Assembly (NCBI RefSeq): GCF_035084215.1 | Contig: NC_090351.1 | Location: 34,038,001-34,102,000 of the forward strand | Length of the DNA stretch: 64,000 bases | Reading direction: 5' to 3' | Origin: Heptranchias perlo | Taxonomy: Eukaryota | Part shown: in pieces, positions 1 through 12,770 of the stretch | How the letters are laid out: every line of letters begins with the position of its first letter | Numbering within the stretch: the stretch's first letter is position 1 | Notes under the pieces: model-generated | What the model was told of the DNA's origin: nothing | Database searches by the model: none | Seen by the model: only the letters and a program-made list of their open reading frames with translations | Made by a program: the position numbers and the translations under genes

Positions 1-1020
1 AGGCCAAAGTGCATGCACACTACAACTGCAGAGTTAATGTGCAGCGGTTTCGTTCAGCACTGATGCTACAGGGTAATGTTCTGAGCTTGTGCAGGCAGTG
101 TGGAACCTCTCAATCCAGCGAAGCCTGACAAAATCGTGGGCGTCCCGATACACACTGGGGGTGTGCAGGGTTCCCTCCAGCCAGCACGTACTTGGGGGAA
201 ACTATCCCTTTGGTGTAAATGTTGCCCAAATCCTGAGCAGAATGGGGTGAGAATCCCCGAGGAAGGAGTGTCACTGGAGTTGGGTCGAACCTTACCACCT
301 GATTTTTATACTACACAGGTTTGAAGTCCACGCAAGAACACTAGCCCTGTAGCTCAGGATTGTCCACTTCTGTGGTCCCCATTCGTTCTAATGGGTGCAG
401 AATCATGGGCTGGAGGGCACAGAGGATGAAAGTCGTGGCTGGAGTGCAAACACACAGACAGAAATGTCCTCGGGTGCTGTAATCTGAAGCTGTACAATAT
501 GGGCTGACAGTTATGGAAACATGATGCTCTCTGGTTTGAAGTACTTTTCAGGCAGCTCTCCTTTCAGTGGGATGTTCTTCGACTTCAGAAAACAGCATTC
601 CTGTTTAGACGAGATGTGCCGTGACGATTTCAAATGAGTATTTCACAAAATAGAACAGGAATAGGTAAAAGACTGCTTTTAAAGAGCAAAAGTAAAACTT
701 CCCCAACCACTTAAATACAGGGCTGGTCTGATGGGCTGCAGTGATCTCTTCTGCTCCTGTACGTTCCCATTTTGCTTATGCCAACTTCAAAATAGTCTTG
801 TCCTCTTAATTCAAAATTGTTTATCTGATGATTCAGATTTTAGTTGTAGCATTAAATTCCTATTTTGCTGCACTATTTACATTGCTTGATTTAAATCCTT
901 GGATAATTCAACTCAATAGACTGCATACCAGTTCTACAGAATATGCAAATTGAAAAGTTTATAAAATGTTTTAAAAAAAATTTCAGGAAGGAAGTTGACT
1001 TGGGTCTTTCCCTGACTCAC

Positions 1021-1144
1021 CCTTCTGCACTGTAGCTATTTCTGTTCAGTTCCATCGTCTGATAATACTGCTCCTCTGTACATCTCTCTTCCTCCTCATC
1101 GGATGCAGCGCGGCCCTCGACCGCTCTCAGTAAACGTTCCTCAT
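1021..1144 (-). CDS. EFCC1: EFCC1-like coding exon 3
   Basis: Acceptor tttttccacgcag| and donor GG|GTGAGT. 124 nt encoding DEERLLRAVEGRAASDEEEERCTEEQYYQTMELNRNSYSAEG, matching the EFCC1 motif DEQLFRSVEGQAASDEEE as I recall it. Confidence 0.85.
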
Positions 1145-2504
1145 CTGCGTGGAAAAACCGGTTAGAGCAGGTGCTCTCTGAAGTCTAATCAGACTTGACT
1201 GTAGTAAAGTTTCAGTAAGTATTGGATTTAATACAATAATCGTCTACGGCAAAATCATTTGCAACAGTGTCAGCAGCAAACCTATTTCCTGCATTAGCTC
1301 CTTGTATAGGGGTGTGACCAAAGGTTCCATGCACTCAAATCTCTGTTATAAAGTCTGATAACTGATCTTCTGGTGTTGGGAGTTTATGTATTCTGATTTA
1401 GTTGGGATCTAATTATTGGTCGTCTTCTGCCAAATATGCATCCAGTCTCTCTTGGATCCTGTTCAAACCTCAACCACTAGTCCAGCAGTTGGTACACATC
1501 CAACCCTGGCTGATCCTGTCATAACATCAATCAGCTGGTTCTGAAATAATCTCATCCAGGTGAATAAAGTGCAAGGCCTGTTATCACTTCCTCCAGCTAA
1601 AATTATATCGTATGGGACACGGACTGTTCCACAACTGGTGTTATTGATATTCCGTGGTGAGTCAATAGAGGCATGATTTAACTGGCCATTGACTTGATTT
1701 TTATTTGTTCTTATGAATGGTGGGACTCTCCACTAGCCCTCCCTCCCTCCCCCTCTCAAAGAAGAAATAACCAGCACACTGGCTGAATGCCAACAAAACT
1801 TATTCATCATGAGCTTAGCGATGCTTCAAAGTTTTTCAATGAGTAACTGTGCAATATGGACAAGGGTCCTGGGTTCAATCCCTGGTTTGTGCTGAATTTA
1901 ATAATCCCTGCAAGGGGTGCACACATGTGGTTATCAGATGAGGCCATAATTGAGGTTGGCTGTGATGCCTTTCATGTTGAATAGCCTGCCAAGTCTCACT
2001 CTTCAGGCTTCTGAATGAATAACGGCCACTTGACCAAGTTAACAGAGGGTGATTGGCAATCATGGCATCATACCTCAGAAAAGAGACAACACCTTCAGGG
2101 GAGAAGACTAAGGGGGAGAAATCAGCAGAGAAAAAAAATCAAGGCAACTTGATTTATTATATTTTATGGGGATCTCACAGAGCGAACATAATTTGTTGCC
2201 AGTCTTCAGAGCTTTGACACTGGACATCACTCTCCTGGTGTGGGAATCCAGTTGATGCAACTGGGTGATTCTGCAATCCAATGTGGAGATTGCAGGTCAT
2301 AATGCATGATTTTCTATCCATTAATGGAATCCCCCAAGTCTCATACATATTTCATCCTCTGTATTTTAGGAAAAACCTTGTCCAGGATGAACCCAGTAAT
2401 AAACAGTACAAGGTTAACAGGTTAATGGGTTAAACGTGACTCATACAAACAATGCCCTTTGGTCCTGTTATAGTATCAACCAGATGTATTGAGCTACTAG
2501 TCCT

Positions 2505-2815
2505 TGTGTGGGGATCCTAAACTAGGGGTCATAAATATATGAGAGTCTCTGATAAATGCAGTAGGGAATTCAGGAGAAACTTCTTTACCCAGAGAGTGGT
2601 TAGAATGTGGAACTTGCTACCACATGGAGTAGTTGAGGTGATTAGCATAGATGCATTTAAGGGGAAGCTAGATAAGTACATGAAGGAGAAAGGAATAGGA
2701 GGATATGCTGATAGGGTTGATTAAGTAGGGTGGGTGGAGGCTCATATGAGGCTCATATGAAGCATAAACACCAGCATAGACGAATGGCCCTTTTCTGTGC
2801 TGTAAATTCTATGTA
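2505..2815 (+). mobile_element. CR1 LINE 3' fragment
   Basis: Encodes RRNFFTQRVVRMWNLLP, followed by a CR1 tail (...ctgtgctgtaaattctatg). Confidence 0.85.
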
Positions 2816-2978
2816 ATAGTCCTGATGTGACCTCAGTGATCCTGTTACAATCTCGTCCAACTGAATGACTGCGATCTCCTCCACTAATCACTGTTGTGCT
2901 TTGCACTCAAAAATGTGATAAATACCCTTTTCAATCATTTTATCTGACAAGATGGGGTTTTTTCAGAATTGAAATTAC

Positions 2979-3178
2979 CTTCGTAACAGCAAGGATGTCC
3001 ATTCTGCCAGCTGCGATATTCCCTGCTTTCTGAGGCAGAATCGGCTTTCCCAGACGGTGATCCCCGTGTTTGTTGGGGGGAGAGACTCCACTTACTCTGG
3101 CTAGAGCCGCAATGTTTCTGGAAAAGTTGTGAGTGGTTCAGTGAAGCCGGGGCCTTTTTGACCTGACCACCCTGTGAT
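2979..3178 (-). CDS. EFCC1: EFCC1-like coding exon 2
   Basis: Acceptor ttgttttcaattaag| and donor G|GTAATT. 200 nt, open in the phase 2-to-1 frame required by exons 1 and 3: (R)SQGGQVKKAPASLNHSQLFQKHCGSSQSKWSLSPQQTRGSPSGKADSASESREYRSWQNGHPCCYE. This is a low-complexity linker, so support comes from phase and splice sites. Confidence 0.7.
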
Positions 3179-3228
3179 CTTAATTGAAAACAAATTAAGG
3201 CGCATGTCAGTATTGGCAGGTTAATATC

Positions 3229-3275
3229 GGGGGAGAGGGGCAGGGGCAGGGGCAGGGGCAGGGGCAGGGGCAGGG
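3229..3275 (+). repeat. (GGGGCA)6 microsatellite, potential G-quadruplex
   Basis: Six perfect GGGGCA units read directly from the sequence. Confidence 0.9.
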
Positions 3276-3387
3276 AGAAGGTGTTTCTTTAACATAAAAT
3301 CTTTATCACCTCTGTCAACTTAGAACCTATTCTGCCAACACAGAACTCCTTTGCCAAAGTCTATTGTCATTTTATTCACATGTTTTC

Positions 3388-3720
3388 AGGATATGGGCAA
3401 CACTGGCAAGGCTGCATTTATTACCCAACCCTAGTTGACCTGAGAAGGTGGTAGTGGGGGGGCTGTCGTCTGGAACTCCTGCAGTTCTTAGCAATTTTCT
3501 ATATAACTGAGTGGATTGCCAGGCTACTACAGAGGGGATTTAAGAGTTATCTCCGTAATGTGAGACTGGTGCATGTAGGCCCAGCCCAGGCAGGTTCCCC
3601 TCCCTGAAGGACATTCATGAACCAGTTGGGTTTTTACATCAATCTTGTTTTTTGCACCAGTGCCAGCTCACACATTATCAAATTTATTGAATTCAATTCC
3701 ATCGCTTGGATCTGAACTCA
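3388..3720 (-). mobile_element. Non-LTR retrotransposon 3' end (family unassigned), degraded
   Basis: Matches the repeat seen at 7925-8092 (+), 58258-58592 (-) and 61986-62220 (-), with core ...ggcaaggccagcatttattgcccatccctaattgcccttgagaaggtgg. Confidence 0.6.
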
Positions 3721-5789
3721 TCATAATGAGAAGGTTCAGTTAACAGTTTTAAAGACCGTTTCTGGACCATTCTTTCTTATTTTCTGTTCCCATTTAGGTT
3801 CCATGAACCATTCTGATTGCTTTTGTGGCTTTTTTCTTTCACTGCAGCTCCATTTGTGGCAGTGGATTTCCCAATGGGAATCCCTGTAATATGTGAGCTT
3901 TTTGGAGAGGAAGAGGGAACCAGAAGAAGAATGCCAGGCAAGGCTAGATCCAAAGCAGTCTGTGCCCATCTGCACAGATTAACGGTGGTGCACATGCCAT
4001 AGAGTGAAGAGGCTCCAACTCAGTTTGTAACTTTGTGCCCAATGGCATAGATATGATGTGTCAAACGATAATGCTGGACAGTTCTTTGGAAGCACTCCAG
4101 TCGTGGTATAGTCATGCTTTTCAGTGATACTACATCACAGAACGCATGCCAGGATGATCCAACAGCCAGCTTGGCTTAATTGGCCACATCCACCAAGATA
4201 CCACCAACCATATCAGCAGGTATTGTTGCACCTAGCTAGCAACAACCGAGGGGAATGATCTTCACAGAATCTGGGTCAGCAGAAAGGCAGATGCAGAGCT
4301 GTACCATCTGTTGCAAGGAAACCTGCAATGAAGTCTAGGACAGCCAGTGACAGTAATGGTCAGCTTTATTCTCCAAACTGCTTCCACTTCTTTGCAGACA
4401 TGCTGCAGTGCTGCCCGACGGGGCCCAGCCTCCTTGCAGCCACTTCATGCTGTTATCACTTCCACTTCAGCAGCCACCAAACAGGGATCAGGTGCTGGGC
4501 TGTTCCATCACTTGCTTGCAGACTCCTGCCTGTATATTGTGTTTCCTGTCCCTTTCCAGCTCTCTTCCCCCTTTTAGCATCAGGGGAATGGGTTGCGATG
4601 CCTTTTGCACCCTCCTATTTTGCAACTTCCCATTAATTATCCACACCCTTTTTAATTTTCATATACACCACAATTTTCTGCTCCCTGCACAATTCCAAAT
4701 AGGCACCGGGTGCAGCTGCGAAGAATTATGCAAATGAGCTGACCCAGGAAAGTTGCAAATAGTTGGCACATTACAATTACGGCAAGACTTACACCAATTC
4801 TTAATCATTATGAACTGAATGGGACCAGTACACAAAAACCAGGGCCTTTGTGTTTAGCGTAGAAGATCTTAAGATAGGTTAGAATGAAGAAGGCTCTTTG
4901 TCCCTTTGGACTCATCCTTTGAGAATACCAAGTCTTTTACTTTAACATCTAGCTGCTTATTAAATGAGTCTGGTGTCCTGATCTTAACCACTCTTCCTGC
5001 AACCTGTTCCAACTGTTGACCATCTTCTGTGTAAAGAAACTGGGAGTTTCGGAAAAATACTTACATTATATGTACGTCCGAGCTATCATCAGAACAACAT
5101 TCCTTTGTCTATGTGGGAATTCTTTCACTGACATAATGTCACACACATGGATGGAGATGTCAATAAACAATAATTGTGAAAAAAACACTTTTTCTCTCTC
5201 TCAACAATGACTCTGATTTCATAATAATGTTGCTATTTTCTTTCATTACATCACTCCCTTGTGGAGACAGGAGGAGAATATTTCAGGTTGACTTGATCGT
5301 TATTGCCTTGTGAAGTGAGCAGTATTTTTGCTCTGTTCTCTATTGTGTATCTTGGCTGTCTGGTTACACTGACATTAACAAATGATCTATGCTCTCAAAT
5401 GAAGTGTTACAAGGTGCTGTGGTTTCACTCCAACAAACAACAGTTTAGAGACAGCTGATGGCAGCAAAACCTGTTACAAAACACTTGACAAGTCCAGGCC
5501 ACTTCACTGTCTTAAAAAAAATACATGAGCTCACTGTGGGCACAGTGACTGCTCATGGAGTTATGAAGAAATCTATAAATCGTGAGCATTTTATCAGCTG
5601 TCTTGTCCAACGACGGATCACGACGTCGATTGATTGCAAATTAGCCCTGTCTGTCTCGAGCAGGATTTCCACACCAACTCACTGCATCAATTCAATTCCA
5701 TTCTACTCAACTCCACTTCACTCTATTCCATTTTATTCCACTCAATTTACTCCATTCTGTTATGCTCCTCTCCATTACACTTTGTCCCT

Positions 5790-5985
5790 CAACCTAACAC
5801 CACTAAAACAGATTAGCTGGTCATTATCACGTTGCTGTTTGTTGGACCTTGCTGTGCACAAATTGGCTGCTGCGTTTTCTACATCACAACAGTGACTACA
5901 CTCGCAAAATACTCCTTTTGGCTGTAAAGCGTTTTGAGACATCCTGAGGTCGTGAAAGGCGCTACATAAATGCAAGTCTTTTTTT
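5790..5985 (+). mobile_element. DeuSINE (SacSINE1-like) 3' half
   Basis: Matches the 3' half of the full copy at 36821, with the L2-type tail aaggcgctacataaatgcaagtc. It sits within (CTCCA/TTCCA)n low-complexity DNA. Confidence 0.8.
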
Positions 5986-6059
5986 CATTGCACTCCACTG
6001 CACTGAACTCCCCTCTAACCCACTCGGTCCAGGCTATGGAAGTGAATTTCTGTGGGGTT

Positions 6060-6765
6060 TCTCCTTGGCGCCCTATTTGACCCTGAGATAAGTTTCCGAC
6101 CACATATCCGCTCCATCACCAAGACTGCCTACTTCCACCTCCATAATATCGCCTGTCTTCACCCCTGCCTCAGCACATCTGCTACTGAAACCCTCATCCA
6201 TCCCTTTGTTACCTCTAGACTTGACTATCCCAATGCTCTCCTGCGGACCTCCCATTGTCCACCCTCCATAAACTTGAGCTCATCCAAAACCCCGCTGCCC
6301 GTATCCTAACTCGCACCAAGTCCTGTTGTTCACCCATCACCCATGTGCTCACTGATCTACATTGGCTCCCGGTCCAGCAATGCCTCGATCTTTAAAATTC
6401 TCATCCTTGTTTTCAAATCCATCCATGGCCTCGCCCCTCTCTCTATCTCTGTGACCTCCTACAACCCTCCGCAATCTCTGCGCTCCTCCAATTCTGGCCT
6501 CTTGCACATCCCCGATTTTAATCGCTCCACCATTGGCGACCATGCCTTTAGCTGTCTAGGCCCTAAACTCTGGAATTCCCTCCATAAACCTCTTTGCCTC
6601 TTCACCTCGCTCTCCTCCTTTAAGGCGTTCCTTAAAAGCTACCTCCTGTTCTAATATCTTCTTATGCGACCTTGGTGTCAAATTTTATTTGATAACGCTC
6701 CTGTGAAGCACCTTGGGACATTTTACGACGTTTAAAGACGCTGTACAAATGCAAGTTGTTGTTGC
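6060..6765 (+). mobile_element. L2 LINE 3' fragment
   Basis: Encodes FDPEISFRPHIRSITKTAYFHLHNIA...FVTSRLDY...FKILILVFKSIHGLAP, and ends tacaaatgcaag(ttg)n. Confidence 0.9.
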
Positions 6766-7924
6766 TCGTCCACCGTAACTGCAGAGGAGCCCAAAAAAGA
6801 GCTGTAGACATTCCACAATCTCCTGGATCTGTGGTCTCGATGGTCAGCGTCATAACTGATCAAATGGCAGCTATCAGATCCTGAAAACCCCGAGACACAA
6901 CAGTCGCCCACAGTCTGGAAGCGATGAATCATGCCATACTCCACTCTGTCCCCTATTGCCTCCAGAGCTGCAGTCACCGACTGGTTCCTTAACTGGGGAC
7001 CTTCCGCGGATTCCACTGAAGCTGCCAATCACTCCATTAGTGCTCCTATTATGTTTCCTCAATAGACAGGTGTGACTTGAGTCTACAGCTGTCAGCTGCC
7101 ACACATCCTTTTGAGATTTACCTCAGAGCCTGCACGTTGGTATGTTTCTCAAATATTCTTCTTTTCGGGGCAAGATCTTTTGTTGTAAAGATTGTTTCTT
7201 TATAATTTAAGTGATTTTATTTTGCTGAAAGTAATGGTATTAATTAGCTCCTTTTTGGAAGGCATTATTTGAATGGGAGTAGGATGGTGTAGGGACATAA
7301 GAGAGCAGAGACTTGCTGCCCTTGAAACACATTCGTGTCCAATTCCTTTTGTCCTCTACATTTAAGAGAAGTGTTAGCCCATTTAACACAAAGCCACATT
7401 ATGTACTGTTCCTGTTATTTTTGGGATGGGACAGCTCTTGTATAATTAATAAAATGTATTACTTTCAATGTGCTTTGTTATTCCCATCCACCCTTTAAGT
7501 AAACAAGAAGTGTACACAGTAAAGGTTTTAAAGGCACTATGGAGTCAATAAGAAAACATGCTTTCAGGGCAAGAAAAATCAAATGCTCCTTGGTCCTGAA
7601 CATGATACAATCCCAATAGTATGGATCTTAGCACAGTAAAGGCATTCAAGCAAAGATTGCTTAGTACAGTTTGTACAAGTTGCAACACTAAGCAGTGCTC
7701 AATGCACACTGAGCTGTGGTATTCAAACACTAGAACGTAATTTCAGGACACTGTCCATTTTTAAGGTACAATATGTGACAATATCTGGTTTTGTCAGCAG
7801 TACAATCCAAAAGCCTGAGGCTCCAAACTGTATTAGCTCTGATAAGAATACTAGATGCACTGTAAACATACCTGCCTCTGAAATCTCCGAGTTTCATTGT
7901 GTGCAAATGGAGAGGAGGGAAAAA

Positions 7925-8092
7925 GTCACTGGGTCAAAATCCTGGAACTCCCTACCTAACGGCACTGTGGAAGTACCTTAACCTCACGGCCTGGAACGGT
8001 TCAGGAAAAAGGCTCACTACCACCTTCTCGAGGGCAACTTGAGATGGCCAATAAATGTCAGCCTTGCCAGCGATGCCCACATCCTGAAAATA
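7925..8092 (+). mobile_element. Non-LTR retrotransposon 3' end (same family as 58258)
   Basis: Contains WNSLP and ends ...aataaatgtcagccttgccagcgatgcccacatcctg. Confidence 0.65.
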
Positions 8093-8227
8093 ATTTTTTT
8101 TAAAAAGAATATTTTTCCTGGTCGCTCCTTTTAGTGAAATCATAAACATGTTATACTTTAGAACACTTTCACAATTTCACTGGAAATAGAAAAAAAAATA
8201 AGAAATTATCCCTCTCCTGTCTGTAAT

Positions 8228-8356
8228 GATGTGGAGATGCCGGTGATGGACTGGGGTTGACAATTGTAAACAATTTTACAACACCAAGTTATAGTCCAAC
8301 GATTTTATTTGAAATTTATAAGCTTTCGGAGGCTTCCTCCTTCCTCAGGTAAATGT
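8228..8356 (-). mobile_element. 129-bp hammerhead-containing short retroposon (Penelope-type/retrozyme-like), copy 1, in EFCC1 intron 1
   Basis: TSD tgtaat at 8222-8227 and 8357-8362. The minus strand reads CTGAGGA-A-GGAGG-aag-CCTCC-GAAA-GCTT. Same length and ends as the copy at 49515. Confidence 0.8.
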
Positions 8357-8756
8357 TGTAATAACAGATCGGCTCCCCTTCCCCTGTCCCCTGCTCTTGT
8401 CTGTCATTACAGGTAGGAGTGGATAGGGCTGGAATGAGATGATTCAAACAAAATATATGTTTTGGATGGTTACTGCCAAAAGGTAGTGACTTTCATCACA
8501 ATAGTCTGGGCTGGATTTCAAGTCAAGCCCCATCCTTTAAAGTCAATGTACCACTCGGGTCTATAACCAGCTATAATACCTGCTCTTAAAGACATCAAAA
8601 CATACAGTCATTTGAAAACTGCACCATGCAAAAAGTACATGAATGGATATCTATGGTCATAAATCATTATTTGTGTTTTTTTATTTATATTTTAATGTTG
8701 ATTTATAAAGAATGATTTAAACAGTGTGTTTCAACTGCCCTCCGCCTCCCACTCAC

Positions 8757-9844
8757 CTGTATCGCTCCAGCTCTTGTTCCAACTCTTGGACTCTGCTCTG
8801 TAGCTCAGGGACTCTGCTTTCCAGCTCCTTCACTTTCTCCAAGCCACCCAGGAGAGCTGCGCTCGCACGTCCCGCTTTCTTCCTGATCTCAGCATTCCCG
8901 GCTTTGAGCACCAACAGGGACTGCTCCCACCGCACCAGCAGACCGTGAGCTTTCCTCAGTTCCTCTTCCAACTCCTGGTTAAAGCGCATGGCCTCATCGA
9001 TCTGCCCGTCCCTGGAGGACCTGATCAGCTCCAGCTCCCGGAGCACGTTCTCGAACCCTCTACAGGTCTGCTTGGCCGACCAGATGTCCTCTCCTACCTT
9101 GGCTCTCCTCTCCCCCTTCTTAGCCCAGGTTTGGGGGTCGAGGCTGCTCCCGGTGTAGACCTTTTGCAAGCTCACCTGCAGAGCCAGACACCTGGCGTCG
9201 CTGCCCTGGAGCGCACCCCGGAGATCCTCCACCAGTTCCCGGAGACTGGCGTTCTCCAACTCCAGCAAGTTGGGGCTCCTCTCTCCCAACTCCAGCTCCT
9301 GAGCGCAAGAAGGCGTCTTGTCCCGTTTGAGGATGGAGTTAGACCGCCTGCAAAGCTCTGCGCCCGGGCCGGGACCCTGGCTCTCCATCCAACCTTTGGA
9401 GAGGTCGAAGGAGACGCATTTCCTCCTCCTCCTGCGGGGACATCTCAGCCGGATCTGCCTCTCGATGTGCTCCGTCTCCTTCCCCACCGGCAGCCGGTCC
9501 GGGTTTTGCTCGGATCGCTGGTGGAAGTGCTCGCACAGCCTGGCGTGAAACTGCCTGAAACTGACCACCTGGGGCAGGTCGGCGACCAGCCTCTGACCTT
9601 CCTCGCCATCCAGCAGATCCAACACCGAACAAAGGAGCCGAAAGTCCTCCCCTGAGATCAATCCATCCCCTTCGTAGTTCAGATGGTGGAAGATCTCCTG
9701 CAGGTACTGGTCAACGCCCGTGGCCAGAACCACGATCTCGTTGTCCACTTGGCCGCTCTCTGAGCTGAAATGATGGGACAAGGTGCTGACCAGCCACGCG
9801 GTCCTGCGGACAGGACGAGCAACAAGTTCCGAACAGCCCAGCAT
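8757..9844 (-). CDS. EFCC1: EF-hand and coiled-coil domain-containing protein 1-like, coding exon 1
   Basis: The ORF reads RPVRRTAWLVSTLSHH...VDNEIVVLATGVDQYLQEIFHHL...FRQFHARLC...ENASLRELVEDLRGALQGSDARCLALQV, which are recognisable EFCC1/CCDC48 motifs. It is GC/CpG-rich and ends at donor AG|GTGAGT (actcac at 8751-8756). Length 1088 nt, phase 2. Orthologue versus paralogue is not resolved. Confidence 0.9.
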
Positions 9845-10320
9845 CGTCTGAGAAGGAAGCAGATTTTTGTTTTGAATTTAAAAAAAAATTAATTTAAAAT
9901 TTCAAAAAAAATTCTTAAGGAAATTCAAAAGTTCAGTGCCCACGATCAATAAATCTTCCAAAATATTGTCACAAACTCATCAATTTTGATCGGCGCAGAT
10001 TAGAAGCCAGGGTCAAGTTTTTTTTTGTTAAAAGTTTAAACTTTTAAAATCTTGCAAGTTCAATTTTTTTTTTAAAAGTGCAACCTATATACACGCTCTA
10101 AGGTTCCCGCCTTTGCAACAACACTGCCGGGGCTGCAGGCTGATATTCCTGCTGCTTGCTCTGCTGTCACTGTATATATTCACTGGAAGTGTTTGTTTAA
10201 AGTCCCATTTTCCTGTAACTCGCCTCAAAGGACGTGAGATGCTTGAGCTGATGGGTGTAACGAGATGGAGCGAGGCGGTTTCCCCTGGGGTCCTAGCGCG
10301 ATATATACATATCTCCTGGC
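9845..10320 (-). promoter_or_regulatory. Putative 5' UTR and proximal promoter of the EFCC1-like gene
   Basis: AT-rich leader upstream of the ATG, TATA-like runs near 10086, 10173 and 10301, and an adjacent CpG-rich exon 1. The TSS is not determined. Confidence 0.3.
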
Positions 10321-11505
10321 ACTGGACCAATTTTGTGGTACAGTTGACTTGTAATAAGCGCAGAGCACAACAGATCTTTACAGTCTGCAGTTGTACTCAG
10401 TTTCCAATCTTAAGCCAGTTGCTTTAATTACTCTACAAATAAACTGGGATGAACCTGGAACGTTTTGTACACAAGAACAAGGAATTACAGTACACTATAA
10501 TTGTGGCCTTTAACCCCACAGAATTTTAAATATATATATATATATAATTAAAACAAATGTTTGTGCTTTTAGGTGGATTGAAGCAATCAGCTCATAATAC
10601 TGAAGGAGCTGTGTTTCAAAATGACTACCCAGATTGGACTTATTCATGCAGTTTCAGTTCTGAATATTCAGGGAATGCCATTCCTCTTCCAACAGGATGG
10701 TGAAGGGGAAGGGAGTCTTGCTTAGTTGCAAAGTATCCCTTTTGACCCCGAGGGCACCTGCCCCTATAGGGTTGATTCTGTGATCTGACACTTCCAGCAG
10801 GGGAGTGGTACTTGTAGGAAAGGCATCTCGGGAAATTGCGGCCTGCAGCCTGTGGTTTTCCATCCGTTAACCCCCTTGATTTCCCAAGATGCGCTCGCTG
10901 GGAGCACCTCGTGGTGGAATCACCCCTTATAACTCCCTGACTGCAGAACTGAGCCGCAGCATTCACTCATTGAGCGGATATACACTTTGTGGAATCGTGA
11001 AGTTACTGATGGTGACGAGTGGAGTCACACTTTCTTGAAGATTCTGACTCTTCAACCAGCACTTCCAGCCAGTGTTGCCACTTATCGATTTCGACATAGT
11101 TTGGATGTGGTTACTAAATAAAAGAGCCAAATATTTATAACTAAAGGGAACTTGGTACTCTTATGGAGTATCGGTGGATATGCAGCATCACAGCCAGGTT
11201 ATGACAGTTATTGACTTGATCTTCTCATGCTGAGGGTAACACCATTTGCCTGCCAAGCCTAGATCTACCTGTTAAGTCTATAGGTCATCAAGGACTATTG
11301 CTCTGACTTTAAACTGAGCATCAAGATAAACACTCCATTTGACAGTGCTAAAGGTTGCCCAGTTTGTACTAAAGCCAGTATGGGAAACAGATAGTAGATG
11401 GTTAGTGACTGAGTTGTTGTAAATGTTGACTGGAACGGCAGAAGGAATTCTGGTCTGTAGTTATCCTGATTTAACTTTTGAGTCTTTATTGCGGCTGGGC
11501 ATGAT

Positions 11506-12000
11506 GGCCTAGAAATTCAATGAGGCAACGCCCATTGTACAGGCATACACCGGGTGCCAAAGTGTCCAATATGGCGGATGGCATGTGCACGCACATTCTG
11601 AGCCAGAAGTGTGCGGTCCACCATTTTGGTATAGGCATCAAAAGAGGTGTTCAGTCCCGCGCCTGAAATAGGTGTTAGGCCCTTTTGCATACGCAAAGAA
11701 GGGGCTTAATGCCTGGTTTGAGGCCTTCGTTATCAAATTGGTTTGCCCTGAACATAGCCAGTGCCAGGCCGGCTGCATTCAGGAAAACCAGGTCTACATA
11801 CTGTCTAACCAGTAGGGACCTTAAACCTTAAAGGGACCGCTGCTGCCAGCACCAAAAAGGTAAGTTTTTAAAAAAATACTTGCCTGATGTGGAGCAGGAG
11901 TACTCCTCCCGACTTCACATTAAAACTATGGGCCGCTATCAGCCACAGCTCGCCCCCTCCTGATTTCTACCTCGACATCTCTCCCAGCCGCCCTCTTGCA
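11506..12000. mobile_element. Degraded non-autonomous DNA transposon (Harbinger-MITE-like)
   Basis: GC-rich and shares the aggtaag...ggagcaggagt core with 22560-22970 and 59692-60488. Boundaries are approximate. Confidence 0.4.
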
Positions 12001-12329
12001 GATACCAGAACTCCCTAGCTCTTCTTCAAACAGTGCCATAGGATTGTATATGTCCATCCAGTGTAATATACAATGTATAGATTGTATAACGTGTGATTTA
12101 TATAGTGTGGTTTGTAAGATAAGTGGTGCACAATTTGTATAGCAGTGTGTGTTTGTTTTCAATATGTTGTGTATATAGTGGCAGTTATGTATATAATATG
12201 TATTATGTCTTCTACATAACATCAAATGAGTTGTATGTGTATATAAATATAATTATATAGTCTCATTAGTTTCATTAACGCTGACAAAAGGACTCCTAAT
12301 AATACCAGTTATGCGATGGCATATAACGT

Positions 12330-12770
12330 CAACAACAACTTGCATTTATATACTGCCTTTAATGTAGTAAAATGTCCCAAGGGGCTTCACAGGAGCGTAA
12401 TCAGACAAAAATTGACACCGAGCAAAAGGACAAATTAGGACAGATCAAAGAGGTAGGTTTTAAGGAGCATCTCAAAGGAGGAGAGAGAAGTGATTTAGAG
12501 AGAAAATTCCAGAGCTTAGTTGAAGGACAGCTGAAGGCACGGCTGTCAATAGTTGGACAAAAGGAGTGCAGGATACACAAGAGGCCAGAGTTGGAAGAAT
12601 GCAGAGTTCTTGGAAGGTTGTAGGGCTGGAGGAGGTTACAGAGATACAGAGGGGTGAGGCCATGGATGAATTTAAACACGAGGATGAGAATTTTAAAATC
12701 AAGGCATTAGTGAACCGGGAGCCAATGTAGGTCAGTGAGCACAGGGGTGATGGGTGAACGGGACTTGCAT
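12330..12770 (-). mobile_element. L2 LINE 3' fragment
   Basis: Reverse-complement homolog of 6300-6765 (FKFIHGLTPLYLCNLLQPY...). Confidence 0.85.

Noticed and set aside
511-600. Candidate EFCC1 exon 4 after a minus-strand aaacag acceptor
   Set aside because: The required phase-2 frame hits TGA after three further codons, and no frame resembles EFCC1.
8945-9655. 236-aa plus-strand ORF
   Set aside because: Antisense shadow of the GC-rich EFCC1-like exon 1, with no independent motifs.
10795-10810. CTCF-like motifs (here, ~27806 and ~53420)
   Set aside because: Only partial matches by eye; not supportable without PWM scoring or ChIP data.
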